Positions 1-13,770 of a stretch of DNA of 49,512 bases are shown piece by piece. The translations under genes and the position numbers were made by a program. This DNA is from Lama guanicoe (taxonomy: Eukaryota): NCBI GenBank assembly GCA_013239625.1, contig MU054049.1, positions 2,359,892 to 2,409,403 of the forward strand. The letters are read 5' to 3'. Position 1 is the first letter of the stretch. Each line of letters opens with the position of its first letter. Below the pieces are notes generated by a model, which ran no database searches, was not told the DNA's origin, and saw only the letters and a program-made list of their open reading frames with translations.

Positions 1-830
1 TATGGCAAGTACTAGCGAAATGTGTATCCAGCACATGCATGTATCATGAAGACTGGTTAAAGATTTTTGAAGAGAAATTTGTCAATATATACAAATAACT
101 TAATGCTATTTGGTTTAGTAATTTCATTTCTGGGCATCTATCCTGAGGAAATACTTAATAATGCATAAAAAAATCTGCAGATAGGTTTTCACATTGTTTA
201 TAAGAATAAAAAATTAGAAGCCTCCCAAATGTCCAGTAGGGCTGATGTTTAAGTAAAGAATGATGCATTCATACAATGAAATTATATAAATTATATAAAA
301 TTGCATAAAAACTAGAATACTGTTTGTAAAAATATGGGGACACAATTCTGCTATACGTCTAAGGGGAAACAAGGAGGCTGTCAAGTCGTATATACAGTAT
401 AATCCCAAATACATAAAGTGAAAATGGATGGATTACAAGCATGTCTGCTTCCCCATTATTCCACTTCTCTTGCTTTACTGGATTGAGAAAAAACTCTGGC
501 ATATTTCATATTCCTTGTAAGAATCTGAACTGTAGAGGGATATGTGGGAAGTATAACAGTCATCACTCCCCCAAAACTCCCTCTCCGCCCCCACAGCCCA
601 AGCTGACTGTTACACAGATTCCTTCTATTCCTTTCTCTTGGAGTCTTAATCTCAAATGTCTCCAGAGGCCAGAGTAGGTGAAAGATGCTTTATCAGGTGT
701 TAAGACTGGGCAAAGCTGGAGAATCAAAGCCCTGTTTACCCAGAATTCCACAATGACCCATGAATCACATTTACAGGCTGGATATAGCCCATGGATCATT
801 TTCCCAGATGAACCACAGCAGATCATGTAT

Positions 831-3800
831 TATTATTTTTAAAAACGGCTATATTGAGATAAAATTTGCATACAGTAAAATTCACCCCTTATAAGTATCC
901 AATGACAAGGTTTTTCATGTATTTACAGAATTATGCAACCATCACCATAATCTGACTTTGGAATATTTTCACCCCCCAAAAGAAACTGTACCATTAATAG
1001 TCACTCCGCATGTCTCATCTCCAACTTTCAGCCCTAGGCAACCACTGATCTACTAAATGTGTGTCCACAGACTTGCCTATTCTGGGCATTTCCTATAAAT
1101 AAAATCACACAATAGGTAGCCCTTTTAGAAATGACCTTTTCATTTAGCATAATGTTTCTGAGGTTCATCCATGGTTTAGCACGTATCCACAGTTCATTCC
1201 TTTTTAATGCCAAATAATATTTCAGTGTATGGATATATGGCATTTTATTTATCCATTCATCAGTGAATGGAATTTAGGTTGTTTCCAGTTTTTGGCTCTT
1301 ATGGATAATGTTGTTATAAATATTTGTGCACAAGTTTGTGTGTGTGTGTATGTGTGTGTGTGTAGAAATATTTCATCACTCTGGTGTAGATACCTAGGAG
1401 TATATGTGCTAAACTGTTTTCCAAAGTGGCTGCATCATTTTACATTCCACCAGCAATATATGATGGTTCCAGATTCTCCACGTGCTTTGCAACACTTGCT
1501 ATTAAGTCTTTTTAATTCTACCCATCCCGGTGTGTGTAAAGTGGTATTTCACTGTGCTTTCAATTTGCAGTTTCCTGATGACAAATGGTTTTGAGCCTCT
1601 TTTCATGTGCTTATTGGCCATTCATATATTCCCTCTGGAGAAGTGTTTATCTATTCATTTTTGTGGCCAAAATATATTCCATTATAATGGAATAGATACA
1701 CCATTGACATTCGTCACTTCACGAATATTTGGGTTGTATTCATCTTTTGGTTATTATGGCGAACACTGCTATAAACGTTCATGTTTTTGTGTTGACATGT
1801 TTTCATTTCTCTTACGTATATGCCTAGGTATGGAATTGCTGATCATATGGTTACTCTCTGTTTAATAGTTTGAGGAACTATCAGACTGCTTTCCTAAGCA
1901 ACTGTACCATTTCTACATTCCCACCAGCATTGTGTGAGGGTTCTGATTTCTCCACATTCTCACCACCACTTGTGACTTTCTGATTCCAGCCATCCTAGCA
2001 TGAAATGAATGTGAGGTCGTATCTCATTCTGATGTTGATTTGCATTTCCATGATGAATAATGGTGTCAAGCATCTTTTCATGTGCTGATTGGTCATTTGT
2101 ATCTCTTCCTTGGAAAAATTTCTATTCAGGTCCTTGTTTATTTTTAAATGGAATTACTTGTCTTTTATTTTTGAGTTTCAAGAATTCTTTACATATTCTA
2201 AATTCCAGTCCCTTACCAGATATATGACTTATAAATATGATTTACCCCATTCTGTGGGTTGTTTTACTTTCCTGATGGTATCTTTGAAGCACAGAAGTTT
2301 CACAATTTAATGCTGTCCATTTATCTATTTTTCTTTTGTGGTCACATCTAAAAATCCTTTCCCAAATTCAGGGTCATGAAAGTTTACCCATGTTTTTCTT
2401 CAAGGTTTGATAGTTTTAGCTTTTACATTTAGATATTTGATCCATTTTAAGTTAATTATGTATGTGGTGTGAGGTAAGGGTTCAACTTCATTCTTTTGCG
2501 TGTGGCTATTCAGTTGTCCCAATACCGTTTATTGAAAAGACATTTTTCCCCACTGAATTAATTGTCTTGCTGCCTCTGTTGAAAATTAATTGACCATAGT
2601 GTAAGGGCTTATTTCTGGACTCTCAATTCTATCTCATTGGTCTATACATCTATCCTTATGCTAACACTACATTGTTTTGATTTCTACAGTGGGGTAGTAC
2701 TTCGGATTTTAAGAAGTTGTGAAATCACCCAACTTTGTTTTTTTTTTTTTCAAGACTGTTTGACTATTCTGGATTCCTTCCATTTCCATATGAATTTTAC
2801 AATCAACTTGTCAATTTCTGCAAAAAGTCAGCTAAGATTTTGATAAAGTTTGTGCTGAATTTGTACGTCACTTTGGGGAGTAATGCCGTTTAAACAATAT
2901 TAAGTCCTTTGGTTCATGAACATGAAATGTCTTTCATCTTATCTAGATTTCCTTTACTTTCAATAATATTTTATAGTTTCCTTTGGTTAAGTCTTAAACT
3001 TATTTTGTTAAATTTATTTATAAATATTTTACTCCCTTTGATGTGATTGGAATTGTTTTCTTATTTTAATTTTCAGATTATTGATTGCTAGCATATAGAA
3101 AAACAAGTGAATTTTGTATATTGATCTTGTATGCTGCAACCTTGCTGGTTCATGATTTCCAAAGTTTTTGGTAAATTCCTTAGGATTTTCTACATACAAG
3201 ATCATGTCATCTGTGAATAGCAATAGTTTTAATTATTCTCTAATACGGATGTCTTTTTTCCCCTCTTGCCTAATTGCCCTGGCTAGAACCTCCAGTACAA
3301 TGTTGAGTAGAAGTAGCAAAAGCCAACATACTTATCTTATGCCTGGATTTTAGGAGGAAAGCGTGCAGTCTTTTCCCATTAAGTATGATGTTAACTGTTG
3401 AGTTTTTTTGTAGATGTCCTTTATCAGGTTGAGGATGTCCCTTTCAATTCTTATTTTTTGAGTGTTTTGTTTTGTTTTTTTTACCATGAAATGGGGTTGG
3501 GTTCTGTCAAGGGCTCTCTCATGTGTCTGCTGAGATGATCATGTGGTTTTTAGTTGTTTATTGATATAGCATATTACATTAATTGATTTTTGGATATTAA
3601 AACAACCTTGCATACTTGGGATAAATTCCACCTAGTCATATTGTATAATGCCTTTTATGTGGTGCTGGATTTTGTTTGCTAGTATTTTGTTGAAAATACT
3701 TGTATTTATATTCTTAACAGACACTGATGTATAGTTTTCCTACAAGTCTTTGGTTTTGGTATAATACTCATCTCATACAATGAACTGAGACATGTTCTCT

Positions 3801-4230
3801 CCTCTTCTATTTTTTGGAAGAGTTTATGCAGGATTGGTATTCATTTTTTAAGTGTTTAGTAGAATTCACCAGTGAAGCCATGTGGGCTTGGGCTTTTCTT
3901 TGTAGAAAGTTCTAAAACTACCTTAAAACTGCTTTTAAGAAGTTTTAAAATTAATTTACGATTAGTATTCAACCTCTTTGCTTGTGATTGGTCTACTCAG
4001 ATGATTTCTTCTTCAGTCAGTTTTGGCAGTTTCTGTCTTTCTAAGGAATTTGTCCATTTCATGTAAGTTATCTAACTGGTTGGTATACAGTCGTTCATAC
4101 GATTCCATTTTACGCATTTTAATTTCTGTGAAGTTGGTACTGAGGTTCCCTCTAATTTCTCATTTTAACAATTTGAGACCTCTCTTTTTTCTTAGTCTGT
4201 TAGCTAAAGATGGGTCAGTTCTGTTGTAGA
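831..4230 (-). mobile_element. Old L1 (L1M-type) 3' UTR and ORF2 remnants, probably composite, in ALOX5 intron 2
   Basis: T-rich sequence with typical L1 3' blocks. Minus-strand ORF fragment LFTDDMILYVENPKE is the degenerate RT motif FADD. Confidence 0.85.
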
Positions 4231-4874
4231 GTATGTATCATATTTATAACTGACTTATTATAAAAGACATAAGAAGTGAAGGGTAATCCCTATAAGGGGG
4301 AATGGGGGAACATCTAGGTAAATTCAAGCTTTCGCTGCCCCATTCCTCTGAAATGCCAATATGATTGATCTCAAGTTTTTTGTAGCTCCTTCACCATCTC
4401 TGCCTGGGGTGGTGTCAAGGTAGAGCTTGGGGACTGAGGAGCACCGGACAGACTCAGTGCCTTGGTCATCACTTATTAGTGGTGATGGGCCATAACCTGG
4501 GGGCAGGGTTAGGCCCCTGAGATAGAAGAAACCATGGCCCCTTAGCCAACTGGACTGATGTCATAACTCACCGGTACAGTTTTTGCCGTGTTTCCAGTTC
4601 TTTACGTCTGTGCTGCTTGAGGATGTGAATTTGGTCATCGCAGGCCAGCTTTGCTGTGAGGAAAGGACGTGTGTGAGAAGAGCCTATGGAAGCCCAGTCA
4701 GCATCCAGTATTCAGGTGTCCCTCCAACACCCTGCCTGTTCCAAGTGCTCTGCATGTATCATCAAAGCCTCAGAACATTCCCCCATTTTATGGCAAGGAA
4801 ATGGGGGCTTAGGGAGGTGGAAGAGATTAGCCCCTGAACTTTGCCCAAGGTCACACACCTAATTAGTGGATTTT

Positions 4875-5001
4875 TTTTTAATTGTAGTAAAAAAAAAAAA
4901 AACCAAACCATGAACTCTTCATGAATCTTCATGTCATCCTTGCGCAGGGGCCATACTAATCTCTGTATCATTCCAATTTTAGTAATCTGTGCTGTGAGCA
5001 C
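4875..5001 (-). pseudogene. U6 snRNA retropseudogene inserted into a MIR
   Basis: Minus strand reads GTGCTC..CAGCACA..TACTAAAATTGGAATGATACAGAGA..TTAGTATGGCCCCTGCGCAAGGATGACA..., with indels relative to U6. 15-bp TSD TAAT(T/G)AGTGGATTTT at 4860-4874 and 5002-5016. Confidence 0.93.
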
Positions 5002-7067
5002 TAATGAGTGGATTTTCAACACAAGATGCAAATCCCATGCTCTTAGCCAACTCCCTTTATAAAAGCCGAATGCAATTCCTCCTTGTCCTGCCTGCTCACT
5101 TAGCAAGCAGGGCGGGCGGGGCGGGAGGGGCTCTGCATCTCGGGGCTCTAAGAATCATAACCAGAGACATGACCCAGGCTAGGGGCTAGGTTCTCATCCC
5201 GCTTTCCAGGGGCAGGCCAATGATTCTCCTCCGCCTCTCCCTGGCAGGCACAGGGTGTGCCCATCTCTGGCCCTGCCCTGTGGATTACCACCTGCAGACT
5301 GTAACCTTCCACTCTGCCCCAAGGGCACTGTCTCTGCTAAGAATCCTGGGGCCCCTGGTGCAGAGCTGCCTTTCTGCTCAGAGGAAATGAGTGTCATGGT
5401 CTTTGGTGGATTTCTTTAAACCTCTGCAGAGTAGTTCACTCCTGCAATTCTCATGCAGAGCAGAACTGGCAGCTGACTGCGGGTTTTCATGTTGTCCGAG
5501 AGAGCAGTGGGGGCTCATGACTCTCGTGTGTCTAAGTCCAGTTGGTTGCTTCCTGGAGAAACGTGTGATGCAAGACTCAAGATGCTGGAACTGTCCAGTT
5601 TCCTGTGGTGCCGACACAGAGGCTTGAGGATGAAGCTCAGTTCTAAAACAGCCTGTCTTGTCCTAGAGTGTGGGCTTAGGAAGAGACTTTCCTGGGTTTG
5701 GACTTGGTCTGTTTCATTCAAGCTGTGTGATCTGGTGTAGGTTACCTAAACTTCCTCCCATGTAAAATGGAGATAAAGATGCCTCTTTCTAGGGCCATGG
5801 TGGGGATTTAGTGAGAGACTGCAGTAAATCTCTCATTAAATCCACAAAGTGCTTGGAACCAGTAAGTGCCTAGTAAATGGGAATAATGTTTATCGCTGTA
5901 GTCCTTATACTCCTCATGGACCTGACCCTCCTCCTCCTTCCTCCGCGTTAGACTTCAAAGGTATCTCATCTCTCATTCCAGGAGTGGGGCAGGTAGCTAA
6001 GGGCAGGATGACACTTCTCAGGACCTTTAGAGCAGGAGAGGTCAGATCATGATTACCCATGATTACCCTTTATGTTATTACTTAAGGTAAAGCCAGTGAA
6101 CACAGTCAACAGAGCCCTGAAGAGCAGGATTTCAGAGCATCTCCTGCAAAGAGGGCTGATAATTGTGCTTCTCCACTTCTCTGTCCTGAAGGGCCAGGTT
6201 TTTTAAAACTTTCATTCCTTTACAGGCTGACATTTTTGTAAAATACAATAGAAGTGAACTACTAGGGAAATGAAATTAAAAAACAAGCCAAAGACCTTCA
6301 AAATACAAGCCCTGTTTTGACCATCAGATACACCAGTCATAGAGGTATTCTGGCAAGTTACTAGAAGTTTGTAAACCTGTGCTCAGTCTCTGTACTCACT
6401 TCATCGCAGACCAGCACCCAGCGGTTCTGAGCCACACTCAGGGCTCTCTGCCCCACTGTACTCTGGCTGAGGCAGCTCCAGTCCCAGGCTTGGAACTGGG
6501 ACCCAAAGAGGAAGATTAACAGGACATGGCTGCATTCTCCTAAGGGGATGGAAAGCCAACCAGCAGGGGAAGCTCGAGGCCACTGAAGGCAAGGTGAGTC
6601 TTAACTGTAACAAGAAATCTCATTGGTTGGAGGAGGCACGTTCATCACCTCTAACCCACCTCAAAGAACCCGCCTACTTCTCAGGCGCCCTGCCCTGAGG
6701 AGTTGAATGAATAATTCAGAACACGTAGAACTGTAACGTGGCAAGTTCCAAAAGGCAGACAGCTTCCTGATGGTGCTGGAACATTCTACCCTGGTGACTA
6801 ACAGAACTTCTGGAATGTGGCAGGTGGCTGACTGCAGCAGGGTTCAGGGAGGCAGATTCCAAAAGACTGATATGAGTGCCTTGGTGAGGCTGTTCCTTTA
6901 TATAGATGCCTGGGGTCCCTGGGATCAGGGTGATGGCCCTCTGACTTTCATGGTCATCCCCAGTGCAGTGGTGAAATAGTAGATTTCAGAGGTTACCATG
7001 TGGTGAGTGAGTGAATTGCCTGTGGGCTGGGCCCCCTCATTTCCAGGTTGTCTGAGGATTGGTTATT

Positions 7068-7597
7068 GTGTCCACGTGGGGGACTAAAGATGGCCACAAA
7101 TTTCCTGCCATCCTTCCACTGAGAGGTGGTCTCTGTCCTCCTTGGGTCTGGGTGGGCTCTGTGACTGCTTGGACCAACAGAATATGGTAGAAAGTCACAC
7201 TATGCCAGCTTCCAAGGCCAGGCGTGAAGAAAGTGGCAGCTTCCATTTCCTGTCTCTCAGAATACTTCCTCTTGGAAGTCAGCCATCACCTAAGAAGTGC
7301 AGCTCCCCTGGGACCACCAAGCTGTGAGAAGCCCAGGCTCCCTGGGGAAGCCTTCAAAACGACACATTATGTGGACTGACAGAGACCACAGAGCCTGAGG
7401 TGCTACCCACGTGAGAGAAGAATCATCTTAGAAGGGAAAACTCTGGCCCTTTCCCCCTCAGCTGATGCCCCGTGGCTCCCAGAGGAACCGCCCAGCTGAG
7501 CCTTTCCCCAAATCCTGACCCCTAAGATCACGAGCAAAACAAAATGGCTGTTTAAAGCCACTGAGACTGTTACACAGCAAATGACAAGTGGAATATG
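7068..7597 (+). mobile_element. MLT1-like (MaLR) LTR
   Basis: AAAGATGGCCACAAATT...TGTGACTGCTTGGACCAACAGAATATGG...GCCCAGCTGAGCC...TTTAAAGCCACT...TTACACAGCAA. Confidence 0.7.
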
Positions 7598-9321
7598 CTG
7601 GATGGCTTCCATGTGCCCCTCCAGATCCACCCTTCACCTTGTCCTGTTCCTAAAAGTCCCTGATCGTCAGGGGATTCACATTGGGCTCAGCCACTGGAAA
7701 CCCTGCCTAGCAAGTGGAGGATATCAGAGGGTGAGGAAAGGACATTTATATTTATTCCCGGCCTCTCTCTGCAGTGTCCCCCCAGGCTGTCTGCATCTCT
7801 ACAGCGGGCCATAGCCCTTCCCGAGGGAGCTCTGGCTCCAGGACACTCCCCTTCTGGATTAATCTGGCATTCTTTCCCTGCCCCGACCCAACCAGGGCCA
7901 GCCATGCTCACGGCCCTGCACACTGACCTATATCTTCTGAATACCCCAATTGGAATGTGCTACATGCTCTCGGCAGGGAGAGATTCGGGGTCTGGGGGAA
8001 GGACTGCACAACAGAGACCCTGGCTGGGAGCTGGGCAGGAGGAAGATGTGGAGCTTGTGTTTTCACAAAAAGAAATACCCTGCCTGCCACCTTTTACATT
8101 CCGGCCACCGCAAGACAATGGTGCATTTGGTAAGATTTTTTTCCCTGCCAGGAGAAGAGAGGATAAAAATCCTTTCAGCCCCAATCGTTTAGTTTGCAAA
8201 TATTCTTGGAATTGTGTTTCTTAAGTTAAGTGCCATGTCAGAGACAGTGGGACGTGGCCTGATCGTTTAAGAACACCAGGCAGAGAAGAGTTTTTTCCTT
8301 TTGGTTTTGGTTTTCTTGGCTAAAAAAATGGGGGTAATAATCATACTTGTTTCACCTGCTCTGCTGAAGTTCTGGGAAGAGCCAATGAACTAGTGATGGG
8401 AGACGCCCTGTCACCTAGGAATTTACACGGGGCCACTGGTGCCAGCAGCTATTATTTTCCTCATTATTCTGGTGGATACACAGCATCTTAAGATTTGTCA
8501 TTCCAGGTTTCAAGTGTGAGAGAACTGAAAGGCCATGACTAAGGTCAGGCAGGATTGTGCTGAGGCATGCATTCGGCTCATGCACACTAAGAGGCTGGTG
8601 TGCAAGGTGGGGGTGGGGGTCATTCAGAGGGAGAGTGGCTTCAGCTGACCCCTGCCATCTGCTTGTCCATTTCCTCCTCTGCACCAGGCCAGCTGCGTGT
8701 CTCTTACGAAGAATGGCCTTCTGAGGAAGTGCCAGGATAGGGTCTGCCCATTTAAGGGTCTTGCTTAAGAGGGCAGATTTTAGGTTCTGTTCTCTTTCAG
8801 CAGAAAGTGGGACATCACGTTTAACGACCAGGGACTGTGAACTCCAGGTCTGTCCGGGGCGCTTCGGAGCTGGCACTTGGGCACGCTTCCGTCTCCCGCC
8901 TGCCTAGGGTCCCTGGAGCCCAAACCCTACTGTGACCTCAGAGAGAGGAGAGATGGGAACTCAGCTGGAGAACTGCCCTTCCAGGAGCTCATCCCAGGGG
9001 TACGTGCTACTAGGAACCCCAGTCACCCTCTGACAAAAAGTGGGTAGCAGTCTTCCCCTGAAGGACTGCAGCACACAAAGGGGCCATGGCCGGATGTGTA
9101 GCCTGGGGCCGCTCACTCCACCCTGAGCCCCGGGGCTTGTTATTCCCTGGAGGAAGGTCACACCTCCTGCAGGTGTGACCTCGAGGCACGGAGCAGGTGC
9201 TCAGCCACGGCAGCTGGCATCGTTATTATTTCCACGAACACAGTTCTTCGGGGAAGGAGGACCTGCAAGCCCTCTTGGCTCCCGGGAAGCCCAGGGAGTG
9301 GAATGGGCCTGAAGCACTCAC

Positions 9322-9520
9322 CTCGTCCATCTCTCAGGACGATCTCGCCTTCCCCCGAGATCCAGCGGTAGCAGGGGAACTCGATGTAATCCCCGCAGGG
9401 CGTCTTCAGCGTGATGTACTTCAGGTACCAGTCATCGTGGAGCCAGTACTTGCGCTTCTCAATTTTGATCAGCTGGATGTCGCCCAGTTCTTCATCCACC
9501 GTCACATCGTAAGAGTCAAC
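9322..9520 (-). CDS. ALOX5: Arachidonate 5-lipoxygenase exon 2 (199 nt)
   Basis: [66 protein letters not shown], in frame with exon 1. Polypyrimidine tract plus CAG acceptor (AG at 9522-9521); donor GTGAGT starting at 9321. No exon 3 seen, so it presumably lies beyond position 1. Confidence 0.98.
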
Positions 9521-9766
9521 CTGGGAGGAAAAAAAGGAAAATCAGACTGTCTGGGGGCTCCTGAGCCTTTGTGTCACCCCTCAGCTCATTTGGCTGAGAC
9601 ACCTGCCAGATGCCTGCCCTCGGCATGGCTCTGTGCTGGGTCCTGGGTGATTCCCCAGCTCTGCCCCTTTGGAGGGGTAAGTCTACTGAGTAATGGATGG
9701 TGCTGCTTGGAGAGGGACATTCTGCTGTCTGCACCTGGCCAGGCTGCAGGAGGGGGAGACTCCTCT

Positions 9767-10277
9767 TTTAAAAGGAAAGGAAAAGGGAAATCAAACTGTC
9801 CAGATTGGGTCTGCTAAGGGAAAAGTACAGTTTCAGGGCAAGAAAACTCAATTTGACAGTGATGATGAACATGATGAAAATGGTGCAGCTGGACCAGGAA
9901 AAAGAGCGAGAAGAAACAAAGAAGAACAACAGAACAAAACAATGGAAAACAGGGAATGATGCCGGAAACCAGTAGTTTAGTAAAACAATTTTAATTCATT
10001 TTAATGAGGTTTTAAGCTGTTTTTGGCTTTGGAGGCCTTTAAAAAGAAAACACAATCAGGTCCACTTCAATGTCCACCTGTAAGAAAGGAAATTTTTTTT
10101 GTTGTCTTTTTTTTTGGCTATCTAAATGAAATTGTTTTTAAAATATATAATTCTGTTTACATTATCTCAGACAACTTAAATATCAAAAGGAACATTCTTC
10201 CACTAAATTGCCTTTGTAATATGAGAATTTATTACTACCAAGGAATAAACTACACACTGCATTTTTGAAAAAAAAAA
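9767..10277 (+). pseudogene. SSB: 5'-truncated processed pseudogene of SSB (La autoantigen): C-terminal coding end, 3' UTR and poly(A)
   Basis: Reads [35 protein letters not shown], matching the La C-terminus, with frameshifts. Original stop TAG at 9973-9975, La-like 3' UTR (GGTCCACTTCAATGTCCACCTG), AATAAA at 10244-10249, A-tail at 10268-10277. Intronless, antisense in ALOX5 intron 1. No clear TSD. Confidence 0.88.
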
Positions 10278-13200
10278 CATGCTTGGTGCTTGGTGAGGGC
10301 CTTCGCAGCTGCCCCCACTCACGAGGGCAGCGAGCCTGCTGGTCTTGCTACCCGACAGGGCTGGAGGGGCAAACTGGCCCTCGCACACAGGGACAGCCCT
10401 TGCCAGCTTGCAGGGGGCCTGCTGACATTGCTGTACATCCCACAACTTTGGGAAGGGTGGGGAGTTAGGCCCTGTCTCAGATAAAGACAGCGAGGCTCCG
10501 TGAGTCCCACTTCCCTGCTAACTGGCAGAGCTGGAATTCCAGCCCAGGCCTTTCCATCTCTCTCATTCTCAGTGGGGCAAGTACCTGAGTGACAGGCAAT
10601 GGGGAGGCTCAGATACAAGTGAAATTGCACCGATTCAAGTGTGTCTTGGGGCCTCTGCAGTTCACTGAGCCACAGTGATGCTGAGAAAATCAGGTGAGCA
10701 GTTCCCGCCGCGAAGTGCTGGGTTGAGGCTGGCCTTGCTGCTAGACCCCCAGAGGCGGGGCTGCGCGGCCCCTCGACGGCTGCTGGGTGATCTGCGCATG
10801 TGCAGCTCTCGATGCCAGCCAGGAAGGAAGGACCAGGGCTCAAGCGTTGCATCGGGTGTTCCAAAGACCCGCCGGTTTGGGAAGCCCCGGATTCGATGAC
10901 CTCTAAGGCAACTTTGGAAGCGAGATTTCACCCATCCTTGAACTTCTTCCTCGGTGGCCAAACTTAGAGTTTCCGGTGTGATAGAAAAAGTGTAGGGGTG
11001 TTCATCTGCACATGACCCCGTGGGTCCCCATTTCCACCCCTCTCCCCCCAAGCTGCCAGGACACCCCGGGGAGGACGTCACAGAGAAGTGGGAAGTTGGA
11101 CGGTTTCAGCAAACCCCTTGGCTCTGAGCACAGACAGCAACTTAGGGACATGTCCTGGTTGCTGCAGATGCCACACATCCGTGGTTAGAAAGCGGAAGCT
11201 TCCCCCTCCAGTGCCCTGTGGTCGGGGCCTGGGTCCTCACGTAGAAACAGCTTCTGAGAACCCAGGGGCAGCCTGTGTGCTGGGGCCCTGACAGGTGTGG
11301 AAGCACATTTGTCCTGCCAGATGCCCCGTCCGGCAGGCGAAAGAACCCTCCTGGCCCACAGTGTGTCTTGCGGGAGGGCAGAGGCCCCCGGGTTCGGTGG
11401 GACCTCAGGCAGGGAGGCCTGTCTGTACCACAGGGTACCAATCCCTGGGGAGAACGCAGCAGGCCCCCAGTACACAGCTGGGAGAGGAGTCCCAGAGAGG
11501 GGCTGGGTGACCTGATTTGCTGGAAGGAGGGAGAGGAATGGAAGGACACATCTCTCATTGAGTGGCTTCTGGGGGATGAGGGGGTTCCCCCAGAGCTGAG
11601 GCATCAGTGGGCCAGGCAGGAAGGTCTTGATGGAACAAGAGGCCAAACATCCATGTGGAGAAGCAGGGTGGGGACTGGGTGGTCCAAGACTGGATGTCGG
11701 CAGGGCCCACCCCCACTCCAGACTGAGTGAGAATGGGAGGCATCCTTGTTGCTGGCAGTGCAAGCTGCGCAAAGGGAAGTCAGTGTGTGGTGAGCCCTGG
11801 GCCGGCCCGGCGCCTGGGGCCACCGCTCCAGGGGAAGTGGCTTTTCTGTGGCTCGGAGGGGTTGATGTGGGTTGGTGGGGGAGGGAAGCAGGTTTGATGC
11901 CCGGAAGGTTGAGGTGAAGGAGGAGAGGACGGCTATTCTCACGTAACAGGTGCCACGGGCATCTGAGGTGGATGTTCTCAGGGGAAGGATGAGCCCAGCA
12001 CCTTGGACCACAAACAGGAAGGAGATAGAGCTAAGGGAGCCTCCCCAGGACTGGGCAATTCTCAGAGGAAGGGCCAGATGTCCAGCTGTGGGTGGTGGCT
12101 TACAAGGAAGGCAGGGAGCAGCTTTGAGCAGGATCACCCTCAGCACCCTTGTGGACAGTCACAGGAGAATGGGACCCTCCAGGTTCCCCATCCCCCTCCC
12201 TCCCGGTACCTGACAGAGGGCCCTAGAGTTTTACCCGGAAGGAAATCACCGGACAGCCTTACGGGGATTCAGTATGCCATCTGACAGGGTCTCTGGCGGG
12301 GGGAGGGACAGGCTTGCTAGTCTGGCTTGTCTCTGGCTGGCCCTGACTTCAGGCCCAAAGCTACTGGAGGTGAACCAGGACCCGAGGAGTTCAGCCCCAC
12401 CTAACTCAGGAAGTCTTAGGGACAAAGTCTGGTGACCATGGCTCTGGCATCCAAGGGGACCACTGTTGGAGAGTCACAGAGGACAGAGAAAGGGCCTCCA
12501 GGGAGATCTCAGGGCCCCGTGTGTCAAACAGTAAAGTCAGGTCTTAGAAAGGTACAAAGAGCTATAGGATGTGACTACCTTCCTTCCTCCTCTCCCTGAG
12601 CCTCGTGTCTGTTGACTCTTTGCTCTGACACACTGACATCACGTGTCCATTCTGCCCAGTGGACAGTATCATCAGCGAATGGCACGTAACAGGCCCTCAG
12701 TAGATACAGTATGTGTGCATGGCCAAGGGGCTGATTATCCCATTTTACAGATGGAAACTGAGGCTCAGAGAGGTCAGGCAGCTACCATGCTAGTAAGTCA
12801 CTGGTGGCCCCATAATTAGAAACCACACCTGTGTGATGGCCCAGCCTGGGTTCCTCCACTGTTCTCTGTGGCCACATTAGGAGAAAAGCCTTGGACTGGG
12901 AGCCAGGTGACCTGGCATCCAGCTCTGGTTCAATCCTTCCATGGAGTATGAAAAGGCAACGTGGGGGTGGGGTGGAGGACATGGAAAAGCTTCCTACAAG
13001 ACAGCATTCGAGGCAGCTCTTGGAAGTTGGTGAGATTTCAGAGGTGAGTTGAATACAGAGGAAAAGAGATGTGCATGGCATTTCAGATGTAGAGAACAAG
13101 AGAGCCAGGAGGTGGGGAATTGGAGGAGGAGGAGGCTGGAGCATGGAGTCACTTGTGGCAGAGGTGGTGAGTGGTCAGATGCTGGAGAGAGATGTAGAGC

Positions 13201-13449
13201 CAGGGAACAAGATATTCACTAGCCTCCTTTCAGGGAAGGGCCAGTTTGCTGGTTTCACCTGTTGCTGTCAACACTGTATTGGATACATGGCTCGAAGGCC
13301 TTTGAATATTTCAGCAAAGTGTTGGCCAGTTTTCATTTGCTCTTTATGTCAGCACTTAAAGAAAGGTTTCATTTGTCTCTGCCCCAGATCCCTGCTGGAG
13401 CAAGGACAGAGGACAGTCACAAAGTGGCCCCACCTGGACTGCCCATCTT

Positions 13450-13770
13450 GGAAGGGGCTGAGAGGCTGGGGAGGGGTGGAAGGGGAGAGGAGGTGGCTGT
13501 GGAGCAGAGAGAGAGAGGGAGATGACTGAGAGGTAGACAAAGGAGAGACCAGGGCAGACAGAGGGAGAAAAGGGGCAGTGGTTAGGGAGACCGAGGGAGC
13601 AGAGAATGGGGGAGCTGGGGCTATCCAGGAGATAGAAAAGAAGGGAGAAGTGAGGGACTCAGGGGAATTGTGAGGGGCAGGGAGCAGAGGAAGGACAAGA
13701 GGGAGGAAGAGGGGGCAGGATGTAGGGAAGAGATGGGGCAGAGAGAGAAGGCAGGGAGAGAGAGAGATTG
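13450..13770 (+). repeat. GA-rich low-complexity purine tract in ALOX5 intron 1
   Basis: ~300 bp of mostly G/A with many GGG runs. Confidence 0.7.

Noticed and set aside
4875..5001. Functional U6 gene
   Set aside because: Indels in the 5' stem and next to the ACAGAGA box, a TSD, and MIR sequence instead of a PSE/TATA promoter upstream.
4875..10277. Functional link between the U6 and La retrocopies (La binds U6 3' oligo-U)
   Set aside because: Both are common retrocopy sources, inserted independently and decayed; co-location is best explained by chance.
10319..12284. Cluster of overlapping 140-212-aa ORFs in ALOX5 intron 1
   Set aside because: Expected in GC-rich intronic DNA; both strands open and no recognisable protein features.
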